The translations under genes were made by a program, and so were the position numbers. From assembly GCA_965660445.1 (NCBI GenBank), contig CBFIAK010000001.1:192001-256000 (forward strand): a stretch of DNA of 64,000 nucleotides. Reading direction: 5' to 3'. The notes under the pieces were generated by a model that did no database searches, was not told where the DNA came from, and saw only the letters and a program-made list of their open reading frames with translations. This DNA is from Patescibacteria group bacterium (GTDB lineage Bacteria > Patescibacteriota > Gracilibacteria > UBA4473). This document shows, piece by piece, positions 39,882-51,111 of the stretch. Position 1 is the stretch's first letter. The number at the start of each line of letters is the position of its first letter.

Positions 39882-40387
39882 AAAACCTGATAATGAAGAA
39901 GCACAGAATTAAGCCCGAGTTTTTGTGTGTCTTTAAGTTCTAATTGGAGACCAATTTCGGTATCAAACAAAGACATACCCGTTCCAAAAATAACAGGACT
40001 GATCGTCAGCATGACATCAGTAATGAGTTTTTCTTTGGCGAAAAGTGTGTTTATTTTTGATCCCCCAGCAATTACTACTTCTTGAAACCCTTCGTTTTCA
40101 AGTTGCTGAAGTATTTTTTTAGGTGGCTCGTTGCTAAACTCTAAATCAGGGTTATCAGACACCCGGTCTGTTTTTTTTGTCATCACGATGTTTTTTCTAT
40201 TGGGTAAGGGACGTCCAATAGTATCAAACGTTCGAGACCCCATAATCAAAACGCCTGCGTGAGTAGTGTGTTTTTGAAAAAAAAGTTTGTCTTCTTTTTC
40301 TGTCCAATCTGCAAAATGGTTTTCGTGTTTTGCAATTTTTCCATCAAGCGTAACCGCCATAACAAGAGTAACCTTCATGAGATTCAC
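39878..40387 (-). CDS. Dihydrofolate reductase family protein
   Basis: MAVTLDGKIA, LIMGSRTFDTIGRPLPNRKNIV, IAGG. Confidence 0.85.
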   Translation of the reverse strand: MNLMKVTLVMAVTLDGKIAKHENHFADWTEKEDKLFFQKHTTHAGVLIMGSRTFDTIGRPLPNRKNIVMTKKTDRVSDNPDLEFSNEPPKKILQQLENEGFQEVVIAGGSKINTLFAKEKLITDVMLTISPVIFGTGMSLFDTEIGLQLELKDTQKLGLNSVLLHYQVL

Positions 40388-40447
40388 TTATGAAAATAAG
40401 TTGTCTTTGTCTACTGTATCGTCATTACAAAAAAATTCAAGCGGGTT

Positions 40448-41806
<1,359 letters not shown>

Positions 41807-41863
41807 CTAAAAAAAGACGAGAAAAATCATTGATTCTTTCATTTCATGTATCATAATACGCCC

Positions 41864-43147
41864 ATGAGTTATTTTGAAATCAAAGGGGGAAACCCACTTT
41901 CTGGCGATGTTTTTGTTTCTGGTGCGAAAAATGCCGCTCTTCCTATGCTTTGTGCGGCTCTCCTTACACCTCAAGAATGTGTGTTTGAAAACGTGCCACA
42001 GATATCCGATATTGATACGCTTCTTGATATTTTTAAAGAAATTGGTGTTGAGGTTGATCGAGACAAAAAAGCGAAAGAAATACGTATTCGTGCCAAAAAT
42101 ATTAATATCGATGCACTCGCCGAATCAGAATTAGTGCGTAAGTTTCGTGCGTCTATTTTAATTATGGGGCCCGTGTTGGCTCGTATGGGAGAATGCCGAA
42201 TAAAACAACCCGGAGGATGTATTTTAGGAGCTCGATCAAACCATATCCATACCGATGGATTATTGACTTTCGGAGCAGTCGACAAAAGTAAAGATGATGT
42301 TTTGCATTTTGAGTATACCCGACCAACACTCGAGAAATCACGAGTGTTGCTTTCGGAAGCTTCTGTGACCGGAACCGAAAACCTCGCTCTGTTTTTAGCG
42401 TATCAACCAGAAGAATCAGAAATGTTTTTTTGTGCAACCGAAATGCACGTGCGTGCAACGTGTGAAATGCTTGTTGGTATGGGAGCCTATATCGACGGTA
42501 TCGGAACACATTCTCTGCGTATTCGAGGAAACAAAAACTTAAAAGGTGGACGGTTTCGGATTCCTCCTGATGGACTGCTTGTGGGCACATACGCTATTGC
42601 CGGACTTTTGACCCAAGGAGAACTGAATATCTACAACGTAAACCATACAGAACTGTTTTCGTTTTATGGGGCATTGAAACGAATAGGTGCTCAGTTTGAA
42701 ATGAGTGATAATTGTCTAAAAGTGTTTCGGAGTCCTTCGTTGCAATCAATCCCAAAAGTGCAAACCGCTATATTCCCTGGGTTCCCCACTGATTTACAGT
42801 CTCCATTTGGAGTACTCCTGACTCAGTGTGAAGGAAAATCGATGGTGTTTGAAACATTGTTTGAAAACCGGTTATCGTATCTGTATGAACTTGAAAAAAT
42901 GGGCGCTCAAATCGTGATTATGAACGCTCATCAAGCTCAAATATTTGGAAAAACACAACTCAAAGGAACATCAGTACAAAGCTGGGACTTGCGTGCGGGA
43001 GCGGCAATGGTGCTCGCCGGTCTTATTGCAGAAGGGACTACCAAAGTCACAAATATTAACTATATCGATCGTGGGTACGAATTGTTTCCTGAAACACTTC
43101 AGTCTTTAGGTGCTGATATTACTCGTGTGACCGATAGTGTTTGCTAG
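41864..43147 (+). CDS. murA: UDP-N-acetylglucosamine 1-carboxyvinyltransferase
   Basis: SGAKNAALP, RASIL, PGGCILGAR (catalytic Cys), PGFPTDLQ, DLRAGAA, IDRGYE. Confidence 0.97.
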   Translation: MSYFEIKGGNPLSGDVFVSGAKNAALPMLCAALLTPQECVFENVPQISDIDTLLDIFKEIGVEVDRDKKAKEIRIRAKNINIDALAESELVRKFRASILIMGPVLARMGECRIKQPGGCILGARSNHIHTDGLLTFGAVDKSKDDVLHFEYTRPTLEKSRVLLSEASVTGTENLALFLAYQPEESEMFFCATEMHVRATCEMLVGMGAYIDGIGTHSLRIRGNKNLKGGRFRIPPDGLLVGTYAIAGLLTQGELNIYNVNHTELFSFYGALKRIGAQFEMSDNCLKVFRSPSLQSIPKVQTAIFPGFPTDLQSPFGVLLTQCEGKSMVFETLFENRLSYLYELEKMGAQIVIMNAHQAQIFGKTQLKGTSVQSWDLRAGAAMVLAGLIAEGTTKVTNINYIDRGYELFPETLQSLGADITRVTDSVC

Positions 43148-43164
43148 TGGGTTCTCTATAATTA

Positions 43165-43197
43165 AAAAACACGAGATAAAAACTCGTGTTTTTTTTA
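43165..43197. terminator. Bidirectional intrinsic terminator
   Basis: A-tract-CACGAG-ataaaaa-CTCGTG-T-tract between convergent genes. Confidence 0.75.
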
Positions 43198-43220
43198 TGT
43201 TCAAAACGAATAAGAATCAA

Positions 43221-43997
43221 TTAAGACTCTTTTTCTTCAGTTGTTGTATCAGAAGTATCCATTTCTTGTGTTTCTTCCATTGTTTCTGTTTCTTCTGTGT
43301 TTGATTGATCAGCTGGCATTGAGTCTTCCATATCCATTGTTTCCTCAGCGGTTTCTTCATTCATCTCTTCCGGAGTTTCTGTGTCTTCTGCTACCGGCAT
43401 TTCCATGTCATCAAGATGCCGAGGTGGAGTTATTTGTAATCGAAGTCCTTCCACGATAATGAGTTGAACATAAGATTTGTCGTATGCTTCATAAGAAACA
43501 GTAATGTTATTACTTCCGATAGTAGCACTGATATTCGTTGCATTTGGGTCTACTTCATAGGCAGCAGATCCTTGGAAGTATCCAGTTTTGTCTTGAAGCG
43601 CTAAAGCAATGTAGTTTCGGCTTCGTTCACCAATGGTTCGAGTGAGAATAAGAGCGGTGTCTTCTCGATCGTCTCGATTGACATCTCCCGTGGCAGTAAA
43701 AGTGGCTTCAGTGGTCTGTATAACTTCGGGGTCTTCACTTAAAACAACGGTAGAAACTCCGTCTTTCAAACTGACTGGCACTCCGTCAATATAATAACTA
43801 TTGTTGAGCGGATTTGGCCCAAAAACAGCGGTATTAGCAGGAACCTCAAGAATGTTTGCATTTTTTGTAATGTCTTCTTGAAGACTAAAGAACTCAAAGG
43901 CATATTTTTCTTCTTGGTATTGATAGAAGATATGGGTTGCGATAATGGCACTCGCGCCAAAGAGAACAAAGAGAAGTATGGCTTTCGTATTTTGCAT
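43221..43997 (-). CDS. Hypothetical membrane-anchored protein with acidic low-complexity tail
   Basis: N-terminal TM; GDVNRDDREDTA (FG-GAP/Ca-binding-like); E/T/M-rich C-terminus. Confidence 0.65.
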   Translation of the reverse strand: MQNTKAILLFVLFGASAIIATHIFYQYQEEKYAFEFFSLQEDITKNANILEVPANTAVFGPNPLNNSYYIDGVPVSLKDGVSTVVLSEDPEVIQTTEATFTATGDVNRDDREDTALILTRTIGERSRNYIALALQDKTGYFQGSAAYEVDPNATNISATIGSNNITVSYEAYDKSYVQLIIVEGLRLQITPPRHLDDMEMPVAEDTETPEEMNEETAEETMDMEDSMPADQSNTEETETMEETQEMDTSDTTTEEKES

Positions 43998-44170
43998 GAG
44001 TAAAAAAGATTATGAGAATACCTTTATAATATAAATACCTTCAGAAAAAAACGCAATAAGTTTTTTATGCAGAAAAAACGCAAAAACAAAAAAACGTGTT
44101 TAAAAAACAGAAGGATTTGACAATATTAAAATTATTTCTAGAATCTCGGGGCTATATATTTTCCTGATTT

Positions 44171-44806
44171 ATGAATACCGCTTCTTTTTCGCTTACGGCT
44201 CAACAAAGATCAATGACTAAAAAATCAGCACGTGATGCCCGAGACAATAACCATGTTCCGGGTGTGCTTTATGGACATAATGTTGATCCAATAAGCATTG
44301 AAATTCCGTATTCTGATGTACTCAGAACGTATCGAAAAGCTGGTGAATCAGCTCTTATCGATCTCTCACTTGGGTCAAAAAAATACAAAGTATTGATCCA
44401 TAAAATCGATTTGCATCCTGTGCGTCGAACAATTCATCATGTTGATTTGTATGTGGTGAACCTCAAAGAAAAAACAGATGTACATGTACCGCTTGAATTT
44501 ATAGGAGTCAGTGAAGCAGTGAAATCAAAAGGAGGAATGCTTATGAGAGAACACGAAACATTGACTATTCGGTGTTTGCCATCAGATATTCCATCACATA
44601 TAGATGTGCCCCTTGAGTCATTGAAAGACTTGAACGATTCAATTTTCTTATCAGATCTAAAACTCGATACCAAAAAATATGAAGTAATGGGGGTTGAAGA
44701 AGATATTGTTCTTGTGACCGTTCTTGCTCCAAAAAAAGCAGAGGAATCTACAGAAGTTGAGGATATGCAAGGTACAGAAGAAGTTGATTCTGTTTCAACA
44801 GAATAA
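44171..44806 (+). CDS. rplY: 50S ribosomal protein L25 (CTC form)
   Basis: VPGVLYG, HPV....HVDL, VPLEFIG.S.AVK.KGG, CLPSDIP. Confidence 0.93.
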   Translation: MNTASFSLTAQQRSMTKKSARDARDNNHVPGVLYGHNVDPISIEIPYSDVLRTYRKAGESALIDLSLGSKKYKVLIHKIDLHPVRRTIHHVDLYVVNLKEKTDVHVPLEFIGVSEAVKSKGGMLMREHETLTIRCLPSDIPSHIDVPLESLKDLNDSIFLSDLKLDTKKYEVMGVEEDIVLVTVLAPKKAEESTEVEDMQGTEEVDSVSTE

Positions 44807-44846
44807 ACCAAAAAAGTTCTCCAAAAAGAAAAAATACGATTGGTCT

Positions 44847-46517
44847 TTATGCATGTGGTTTTATATCCACAATATGCATACTGAGTGATCGTTTTTCTTT
44901 CCAATAAGAGTCATTAAACGTGTAGAGAATATCAACCGTCATCCCTTCTTCTACGTGAGGAATAAAAGAATCAGCAAAAAATCCAACAAAAGTAACTTCT
45001 TTGTTTTTACACTGCGTGAGTAATCGAATATGGTTTTTGTGCTCGCCCATCGTGTATATTTTTTGAATAAGACAATGCGTAATTCCCCACACGGGGTTTG
45101 GATTGCCAGATCCAAACGGAGCAAACCGACGAATCGTATCAAGTGTTTGTAAATGTAATAAATCAGGAGACAAAAATGGGTAATCAAGAGACTCTTCTTT
45201 AGGGCGTCGTGTAGCAAAATATTCATCAAGCGAACGAATGAAAAGTGTTTGATGTTCTGGTTTCATTCGAAACCCTGCCGCTCCATCGTGTCCACCGTAT
45301 GATTCTAAAAACTCAGATGTTGTGTGAAGTGCTTCGATAATAGAATACCCATCAGGAGCGCGACATGATCCGCCTAAAAACCCATCGTGTCGCATGCAAC
45401 AGGCTATAACAGGAACATTGAGTGTTTGAGCATGTTTTGAAGCCAATAGCCCTAAGATTCCGTTTTGCCAATGAGGTTCGAACAAAAACTGACAATGAGC
45501 ATGCGGTCTTATTTGGGAAATGCTTTCGTCATACAGAAGTTGAGTGAGTGTCTTTCGGTCTTGGTTGAGTTGTTCGAGTTCGTCCAAAAGTTGCTTGCTT
45601 TTTCTCTCATCACTGAGAAAAAACTGAACGGCCGTTTGTACGTTTCCGAGTCTGGAAGCAGCATTAAGCCGTGGAGCAATTACAAACCCAATAGTGTCAC
45701 TCGTGATTGTCTCTGGGTCAATATTATGTCTCTCAAACAGAATACGAATCGATGGCCATTGTGTGCGCTTGAGTGCCTGAAGTCCAAGTTGTACTATCGA
45801 TCGAGCCTCTCCAACCAAAGGAATACAATCAGCGACAAGACCAATAGTGGCTATCTCAAGAAGTTTGTGAATGAGAGCGTATGCATCTGATGGAGTAATA
45901 TTGGATTCCTCTATGCAGGCTTGTAACACTTTAAAGACAACCGCCGATCCCGATAGGTGTGATTCTGGGTATGGGCAGGTGGGCAGAAGTGGGTTTATAA
46001 CGCTGAATGCCGGACGGTGTGTTATGTCTGGGTTTGGGCTATGATGATCAGTAACAATAACATCAATATTCTTTTCTTGTGCATATAAAAGTGATTCTAC
46101 ATCGTTTACTCCACAGTCACACGTGATAATAAGACTTACATTTTTCGATGCGATTTCATTAATAAGATGGTTTTTAAGTCCATGAGAATCTGTGTTTCGG
46201 TCTGGAATGCGGTATGATACTTGCGCCCCTAAGGCAGAAAGGCCTTCCATAAGAAGAACGGTTGATGTAATTCCATCAGCATCAAAATCACCAAAAATCA
46301 TGATGCGTTCTTTGGTTTGTATGGCTGTTTTGATTCGTGCGATGGCAGGTTTGATATCACCCAGTAAAAACGGAGAATGGAGGTCTTCAAACCGAGGTTG
46401 AAAAAATGAGTCCAAAAAAGAGCTTTTTTTGTATTGAGATAAAAGCCATTGTTCTAGTTGTGAAGGAGTCTCAATGGGAGGTGTTGGGTGCCAGAGTTTC
46501 TGTAAAAGCGATGTCAT
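44847..46517 (-). CDS. recJ: ssDNA exonuclease RecJ
   Basis: GDFDADG, ITCDCG, TDHH, PRLNAASRL, GGHDGAAG, APFGSGNP.P. Confidence 0.93.
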   Translation of the reverse strand: MTSLLQKLWHPTPPIETPSQLEQWLLSQYKKSSFLDSFFQPRFEDLHSPFLLGDIKPAIARIKTAIQTKERIMIFGDFDADGITSTVLLMEGLSALGAQVSYRIPDRNTDSHGLKNHLINEIASKNVSLIITCDCGVNDVESLLYAQEKNIDVIVTDHHSPNPDITHRPAFSVINPLLPTCPYPESHLSGSAVVFKVLQACIEESNITPSDAYALIHKLLEIATIGLVADCIPLVGEARSIVQLGLQALKRTQWPSIRILFERHNIDPETITSDTIGFVIAPRLNAASRLGNVQTAVQFFLSDERKSKQLLDELEQLNQDRKTLTQLLYDESISQIRPHAHCQFLFEPHWQNGILGLLASKHAQTLNVPVIACCMRHDGFLGGSCRAPDGYSIIEALHTTSEFLESYGGHDGAAGFRMKPEHQTLFIRSLDEYFATRRPKEESLDYPFLSPDLLHLQTLDTIRRFAPFGSGNPNPVWGITHCLIQKIYTMGEHKNHIRLLTQCKNKEVTFVGFFADSFIPHVEEGMTVDILYTFNDSYWKEKRSLSMHIVDIKPHA

Positions 46518-46627
46518 AAAGAAAACAAAAAGAAAACATTGAAAAGAATAGGAAAGACGTTATATTCAAACTCGAGTCATGCAGGACATAGTATGCCAAT
46601 GTTTTGTAAAAACTTCTATCTTTTTTC

Positions 46628-47530
46628 ATGGATTTTCAACAGTATAACTTTCGATGGCACGATGAATCAACTGTGCAAATACAAGCCCATCACAAGGGAC
46701 GGTTTGCTCGTCGAAATATGCAAATTGGTGATGATTTTACCTTGCATATCGTCTCAGATGTGTCTTGCTGTGGAGTCCTGAATGATTCAGGGTTTTCGCC
46801 GTGTCCTTCTGGTAAACCCGGAAAATCAAAATGCGAAGACTGTCGAGCACGCGAACAAAAAGAGAGTTTTGTGTTTACTGTTTTTGATGGGTTTAATCAA
46901 GAACATTTAAGTTCTGACGATCTGCAAATGATTTCTGGGCCTCATGTGGTGTATTGTGCTTTCTTTGATGATGGTATGATGAAAGTAGGGGTCTCTAAAA
47001 AAGAACGTATGACGCTTCGGCAACTCGAACAAGGTGCGTATGCAACTTTGTATGTTGCCGAAACTTCAGATGGTATTCGTGCTCGACAAATAGAAACAAC
47101 TATTCGAAAAAATGGGCTACAAGATAAAGTGTTGGCGTCTCAAAAAAAAGATTGTATTGATCCGGGGTTTTCAGAAACCCAAACGAAAGAAAAACTTGAA
47201 TCAGAATGGAACCGTCATTGTGATGTGTTGTTGCAATCAGGAGTTTTTCGGTCTTGTATCCATGAAAAACCTATTTTTCAGTCATGGAGATCTCATTATA
47301 ATCTTGATGCGCTTCAAAAAGATTCAAAACCGTTGCATGCCGTGACGCTCAAAAAAAATGAATGGGTGAGCGGGAAAATAATAGTGAAAAGAGGGGCTTT
47401 TCTTGTCCTTGATACCGGAGAAGAACATATACTTTTACATATGAAATCGTATAATGGGTATGGTATTCGTTGTACCCCAAAACCGTTTGGCGTACAATTG
47501 GGCACAGCGTTACAAAATTCTTTATTTTAG
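46628..47530 (+). CDS. DUF2797-like protein
   Basis: Cys cluster (C..C..CEDC), PHVVYCA, KVGVS, R..EQGA. Confidence 0.7.
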   Translation: MDFQQYNFRWHDESTVQIQAHHKGRFARRNMQIGDDFTLHIVSDVSCCGVLNDSGFSPCPSGKPGKSKCEDCRAREQKESFVFTVFDGFNQEHLSSDDLQMISGPHVVYCAFFDDGMMKVGVSKKERMTLRQLEQGAYATLYVAETSDGIRARQIETTIRKNGLQDKVLASQKKDCIDPGFSETQTKEKLESEWNRHCDVLLQSGVFRSCIHEKPIFQSWRSHYNLDALQKDSKPLHAVTLKKNEWVSGKIIVKRGAFLVLDTGEEHILLHMKSYNGYGIRCTPKPFGVQLGTALQNSLF

Positions 47531-47539
47531 TTTTCTTTT

Positions 47540-48454
47540 ATGGTTCTTGTTTCTATCCAGCCTCGTAAAGAGCCTTGCACACTTGAGCAAACTCGAAAAG
47601 TCGTTCTTTCAAAATACGATATGCATAATCGTGATTTGCGTTTGGTGTTTACTCGGAAAGAAAAAAGTGTTATTCGCCCACTTGGGAACTGTATTATTTT
47701 GAGTATCCGGTCAGTGAAAGTGATTTTAGGAGACGGAGAAATATTAGTATTTAACGGAGAAAGTCCGAAAATTCAGAACTATTTTATTCCGTTCGTTATC
47801 GGAAAAATAGAGAAAGCGAGCGAAGATGATCTGCAAGTGTTTGAACACCTCGCTCTTGAAATTACGTTGACCTATATTATGGATAAGTTTCAGCGTCGAC
47901 TCGAAGAACTGGATCGAACGTCTATACAGATATTGGATAAATTGAACGAAAATAAAGTAAAAGAAACAACATTTGAACAATTATTACACCTAAAAAAACG
48001 GTTATTGAAACTGGAAACACAATTGCGAGAACTCGAAGATGACCTAACAGAACTCGTGGATGACGAAGAAGATTTGAAAGATTTTCATATTCAAAACCCA
48101 GAAGATGATACGGATAATATTGAGTCTATCTTAGAAAATGCTCTTGAGTCGGTAGAAGATATTGCCCATAAAACACGAGAACTTGAAGAAAATATAGACG
48201 ATGCTCAAGAAATCCTTACTTTGAAAATGAATAATATCCGAAATATGGTGATTAAGTTTGATCTTTTGTTAACGACAATCACTTGTTTTTTGGCTTTATT
48301 AGCAGTTGTGACGGGGCTTTATGGTATGAATGTTCCAAATCATAACGAAGGGAACTCGTCAGCATTTTGGGTTATTACGTCCACCATGTTTATACTTGGG
48401 GCAAGTGGGTTTGGAGTTTTGGCACTCTGGATGCGTCGTAAGAAAATCATCTAA
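47540..48454 (+). CDS. CorA/Mrs2-family Mg2+ transporter
   Basis: C-terminal two TMs with GLYGMN signature; long helical stalk. Confidence 0.88.
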   Translation: MVLVSIQPRKEPCTLEQTRKVVLSKYDMHNRDLRLVFTRKEKSVIRPLGNCIILSIRSVKVILGDGEILVFNGESPKIQNYFIPFVIGKIEKASEDDLQVFEHLALEITLTYIMDKFQRRLEELDRTSIQILDKLNENKVKETTFEQLLHLKKRLLKLETQLRELEDDLTELVDDEEDLKDFHIQNPEDDTDNIESILENALESVEDIAHKTRELEENIDDAQEILTLKMNNIRNMVIKFDLLLTTITCFLALLAVVTGLYGMNVPNHNEGNSSAFWVITSTMFILGASGFGVLALWMRRKKII

Positions 48455-48999
48455 AGTGGGGTTTCTTTTTTTGGTAAAAAGAATGTCTCACTGATCCAAA
48501 TGAACGAGGGGAGGATAAAGAGAACAGTATAGTGTTGAATGAAAAATGGAGCTAAAAGAGACCCCTGAAATAAAGTTTGAGGGTTCGCTTTTAAAAGAAA
48601 CGCTTCAGAGAAGGAAAGCCCAGCATAGAGCACCACAAATGAAGATAAAAAGAAAGAGGTTGTGATGAATGAAAAAATAAGATGAAGCAAAAGCCGAAAA
48701 CTCCAGTGTTTATGCTTTTTGTGTGCGAATCCAACAGGGGCTTTTACAAACAAAATAATCAAAAAACAAAGAAGAAGTGCCACTTGGAGTCCGCCGATAA
48801 AAGTGGGTATGTGAGGTGTTTGTGATACACTTGGGAGAAATAGAAAAAACTGGATACTGTCTATGATCCCTTTTATAACAAATAAAGTAATATATAAATT
48901 CACAATAAACCCAATAATAAATGGTTTTCCACCTATAAATTGAAAGACTATTAAAAGACCTCCAAAGCACAGCAGTAATAGATCCCATCCTAAGTTCAT
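48451..48999 (-). CDS. Hypothetical polytopic membrane protein
   Basis: 182 aa, about five hydrophobic segments; directly downstream of efp. Confidence 0.65.
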   Translation of the reverse strand: MNLGWDLLLLCFGGLLIVFQFIGGKPFIIGFIVNLYITLFVIKGIIDSIQFFLFLPSVSQTPHIPTFIGGLQVALLLCFLIILFVKAPVGFAHKKHKHWSFRLLLHLIFSFITTSFFLSSFVVLYAGLSFSEAFLLKANPQTLFQGSLLAPFFIQHYTVLFILPSFIWISETFFLPKKETPL

Positions 49000-49013
49000 A
49001 TGAAATGAGGGAG

Positions 49014-49574
49014 TTACTTTGCCCGTTCTACATATTCACCAGAATCGGTGTTGACGACTATTTTTTCTCCGGATTCGATAAAGAGTGGTACTCGAATAAC
49101 AAACCCTGTTTCGAGTGTTGCTGGTTTTGTACCCCCTTGTGCACGATCTCCTTGCACTCCGGGATCTGTTTGTGCGACTGTCAATATCATCTTCGGAGGG
49201 AGTTGAATATTGATAGGTCGAGATCCAAAATAAAGAAGATCAACCGTCATGCCATCAATCAAAAACGATAAAGAATCACCAAGTATATCTTTTTGAAGAA
49301 CAACGGTTTCATAAGTTTCTTGGTCCATGAATTCATAGTCACCGTTTTGTTCATATAAAAACTGAGCTCGCCGAAACCCAATGTCAGCAGGTTCTATTTT
49401 ATCAGATCCTTGAAACGTACGATCAAGTGCTGAACCAGTGATAAGGTTTTTTAGTTTTGTTTTCATAACTCCACCTCCACGAGCTTGTTTGGAGTGTTGA
49501 TTCCATGTGACCACATAAGGTTCTGAATCAAGAATTATATTCGTTCCAACTTTTAAGTCTGTGATACCCAGCAT
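49014..49574 (-). CDS. efp: Elongation factor P
   Basis: Start MLGITDLKVG; KLKNL.TG, QFLY, FMDQETYE, PGVQGD, KPATLETG, VPLFI. Confidence 0.95.
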   Translation of the reverse strand: MLGITDLKVGTNIILDSEPYVVTWNQHSKQARGGGVMKTKLKNLITGSALDRTFQGSDKIEPADIGFRRAQFLYEQNGDYEFMDQETYETVVLQKDILGDSLSFLIDGMTVDLLYFGSRPINIQLPPKMILTVAQTDPGVQGDRAQGGTKPATLETGFVIRVPLFIESGEKIVVNTDSGEYVERAK

Positions 49575-49736
49575 GAGAATAAAATTAAAAAAAATGTCGC
49601 TTGAAGTATAGAGTGTGTTTTTCGCGTGGTCAAGGGTTTGAGAGAAGTTTGTGGAGGACTTGTTTTTTTGTAAAAACACGTATATTGATTTATTCGGCTT
49701 GATAGTGTATAATGAAAGGAATATAATACTTTTGAA

Positions 49737-50504
49737 ATGATTCTCTTGCATTCTCAGTCGTTTCCTCATTATGGATTAGATCGGTTTTTCGGGTTTGCGA
49801 AATCCGCTGGTTATGATGGGGTGGAAATTTTAGTAACAGCGAACTACGATACTCAAAATGCATCGTATATTAAAGAACTAGAAAAACGGCACGATATTCG
49901 AGTGAAAGCTTTTACGCTCCCAAGCAAAGTGCCTATTGAACTTTTAAAAGGGTTTCAAGATGTGGTCAAAGAGTTTCCACAAGCGAAACTAAACATGTTT
50001 CCAGCTCAATCTTTTTCGTTTACATACAAAAAATGGCTTGAAAATATTGCTCCAAAACTGTGTCGAAAATATGATCTGAAAATGAATTATCGGAATATGC
50101 CGATTGATTTCTTGTTGGGAGTAATCCCAAAAAATTCGGAAAATTCGCTCCATAGTCTGCGAGAAAAGGGTACTATTTGTCTTGATTTATCAGCCGTATG
50201 GTCGAGTAAACAAGATATTATGAGAACCATTCATTTTTTAGGTGATAAATTGCAATCAGTGTATGTCTCGAATGTGTATCAGAATCGTCCTTATTCTCGT
50301 TTAGAAACAGGAATTTTGCCGATTGAGAGTTTTTTAACAAAACTCAAACAAGAAAAATATAAAGGTCAGATTGTTCTCAATGTTTCAGCCCGTGATCTCC
50401 AACAAGGAAACGATGAAAAAATGGTAGAAGTATTAAAAGAATCAAGAATATTTATTGAGAAATATTTGATACATGGTGGAGAATCTTCTCTTGATGACTT
50501 GTAA
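49737..50504 (+). CDS. Sugar phosphate isomerase/epimerase-like TIM-barrel protein
   Basis: AKSAGYDGVEI, ICLDLS, YKGQIVLN pattern of the AP_endonuc_2 family; metal ligands look degenerate. Confidence 0.6.
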   Translation: MILLHSQSFPHYGLDRFFGFAKSAGYDGVEILVTANYDTQNASYIKELEKRHDIRVKAFTLPSKVPIELLKGFQDVVKEFPQAKLNMFPAQSFSFTYKKWLENIAPKLCRKYDLKMNYRNMPIDFLLGVIPKNSENSLHSLREKGTICLDLSAVWSSKQDIMRTIHFLGDKLQSVYVSNVYQNRPYSRLETGILPIESFLTKLKQEKYKGQIVLNVSARDLQQGNDEKMVEVLKESRIFIEKYLIHGGESSLDDL

Positions 50505-50532
50505 AAAAACCGTCTGTGTGTAGATTGTGAGT

Positions 50533-51111
50533 ATGAAAATACTCATCAATACCGCCATTAAACCTCATTTTTGTGCGTGCGTCGATACCGATGAGCGTCT
50601 TTTGGATGTGGTGTTTTGGGATACTCCACGACAAGACGGAGAACACATATATGCGTTTTTTAAAAAACATGAATCACTTTTGTCACAAATAACCGCTATT
50701 GGCGGTATTTCTGGACCTGGTGGGTTTTCGAGTTTGCGTGTGGGAATGTTGGTACTCAATACGTACCGGTTTGTGTATGGATGTGAAATTTATACGGTTT
50801 CTGCTGATATGTGTATGCAAGAATACAAAAAAAATATGCCTGCTCATACCGTGATAGTCCTCAACTCATTTGGAAAAAAAGGATGGATTGTGAAAGAGAA
50901 CGGGTTTGTCTTGGTGGATGATATTGCACAATGGGTCAGCGAATCATCAGATAGACTGTGTCTTGATTTTTTACCGTTCGAAAAAAGAAATGGACGAAAA
51001 AACGATGTTGAAGTGGATACATCAGCGTTTCCAATAATGCTGTATCGGGCATTGCAAAAATCAAATTCTGTAGCGGCGGCACATCCTGAGTATGGGTTTG
51101 ATGTCGTTTAA
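50533..51111 (+). CDS. tsaB: TsaB-like t6A biosynthesis protein
   Basis: ILINTA N-terminus; ISGPGGFSSLRVG motif. Confidence 0.7.
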   Translation: MKILINTAIKPHFCACVDTDERLLDVVFWDTPRQDGEHIYAFFKKHESLLSQITAIGGISGPGGFSSLRVGMLVLNTYRFVYGCEIYTVSADMCMQEYKKNMPAHTVIVLNSFGKKGWIVKENGFVLVDDIAQWVSESSDRLCLDFLPFEKRNGRKNDVEVDTSAFPIMLYRALQKSNSVAAAHPEYGFDVV

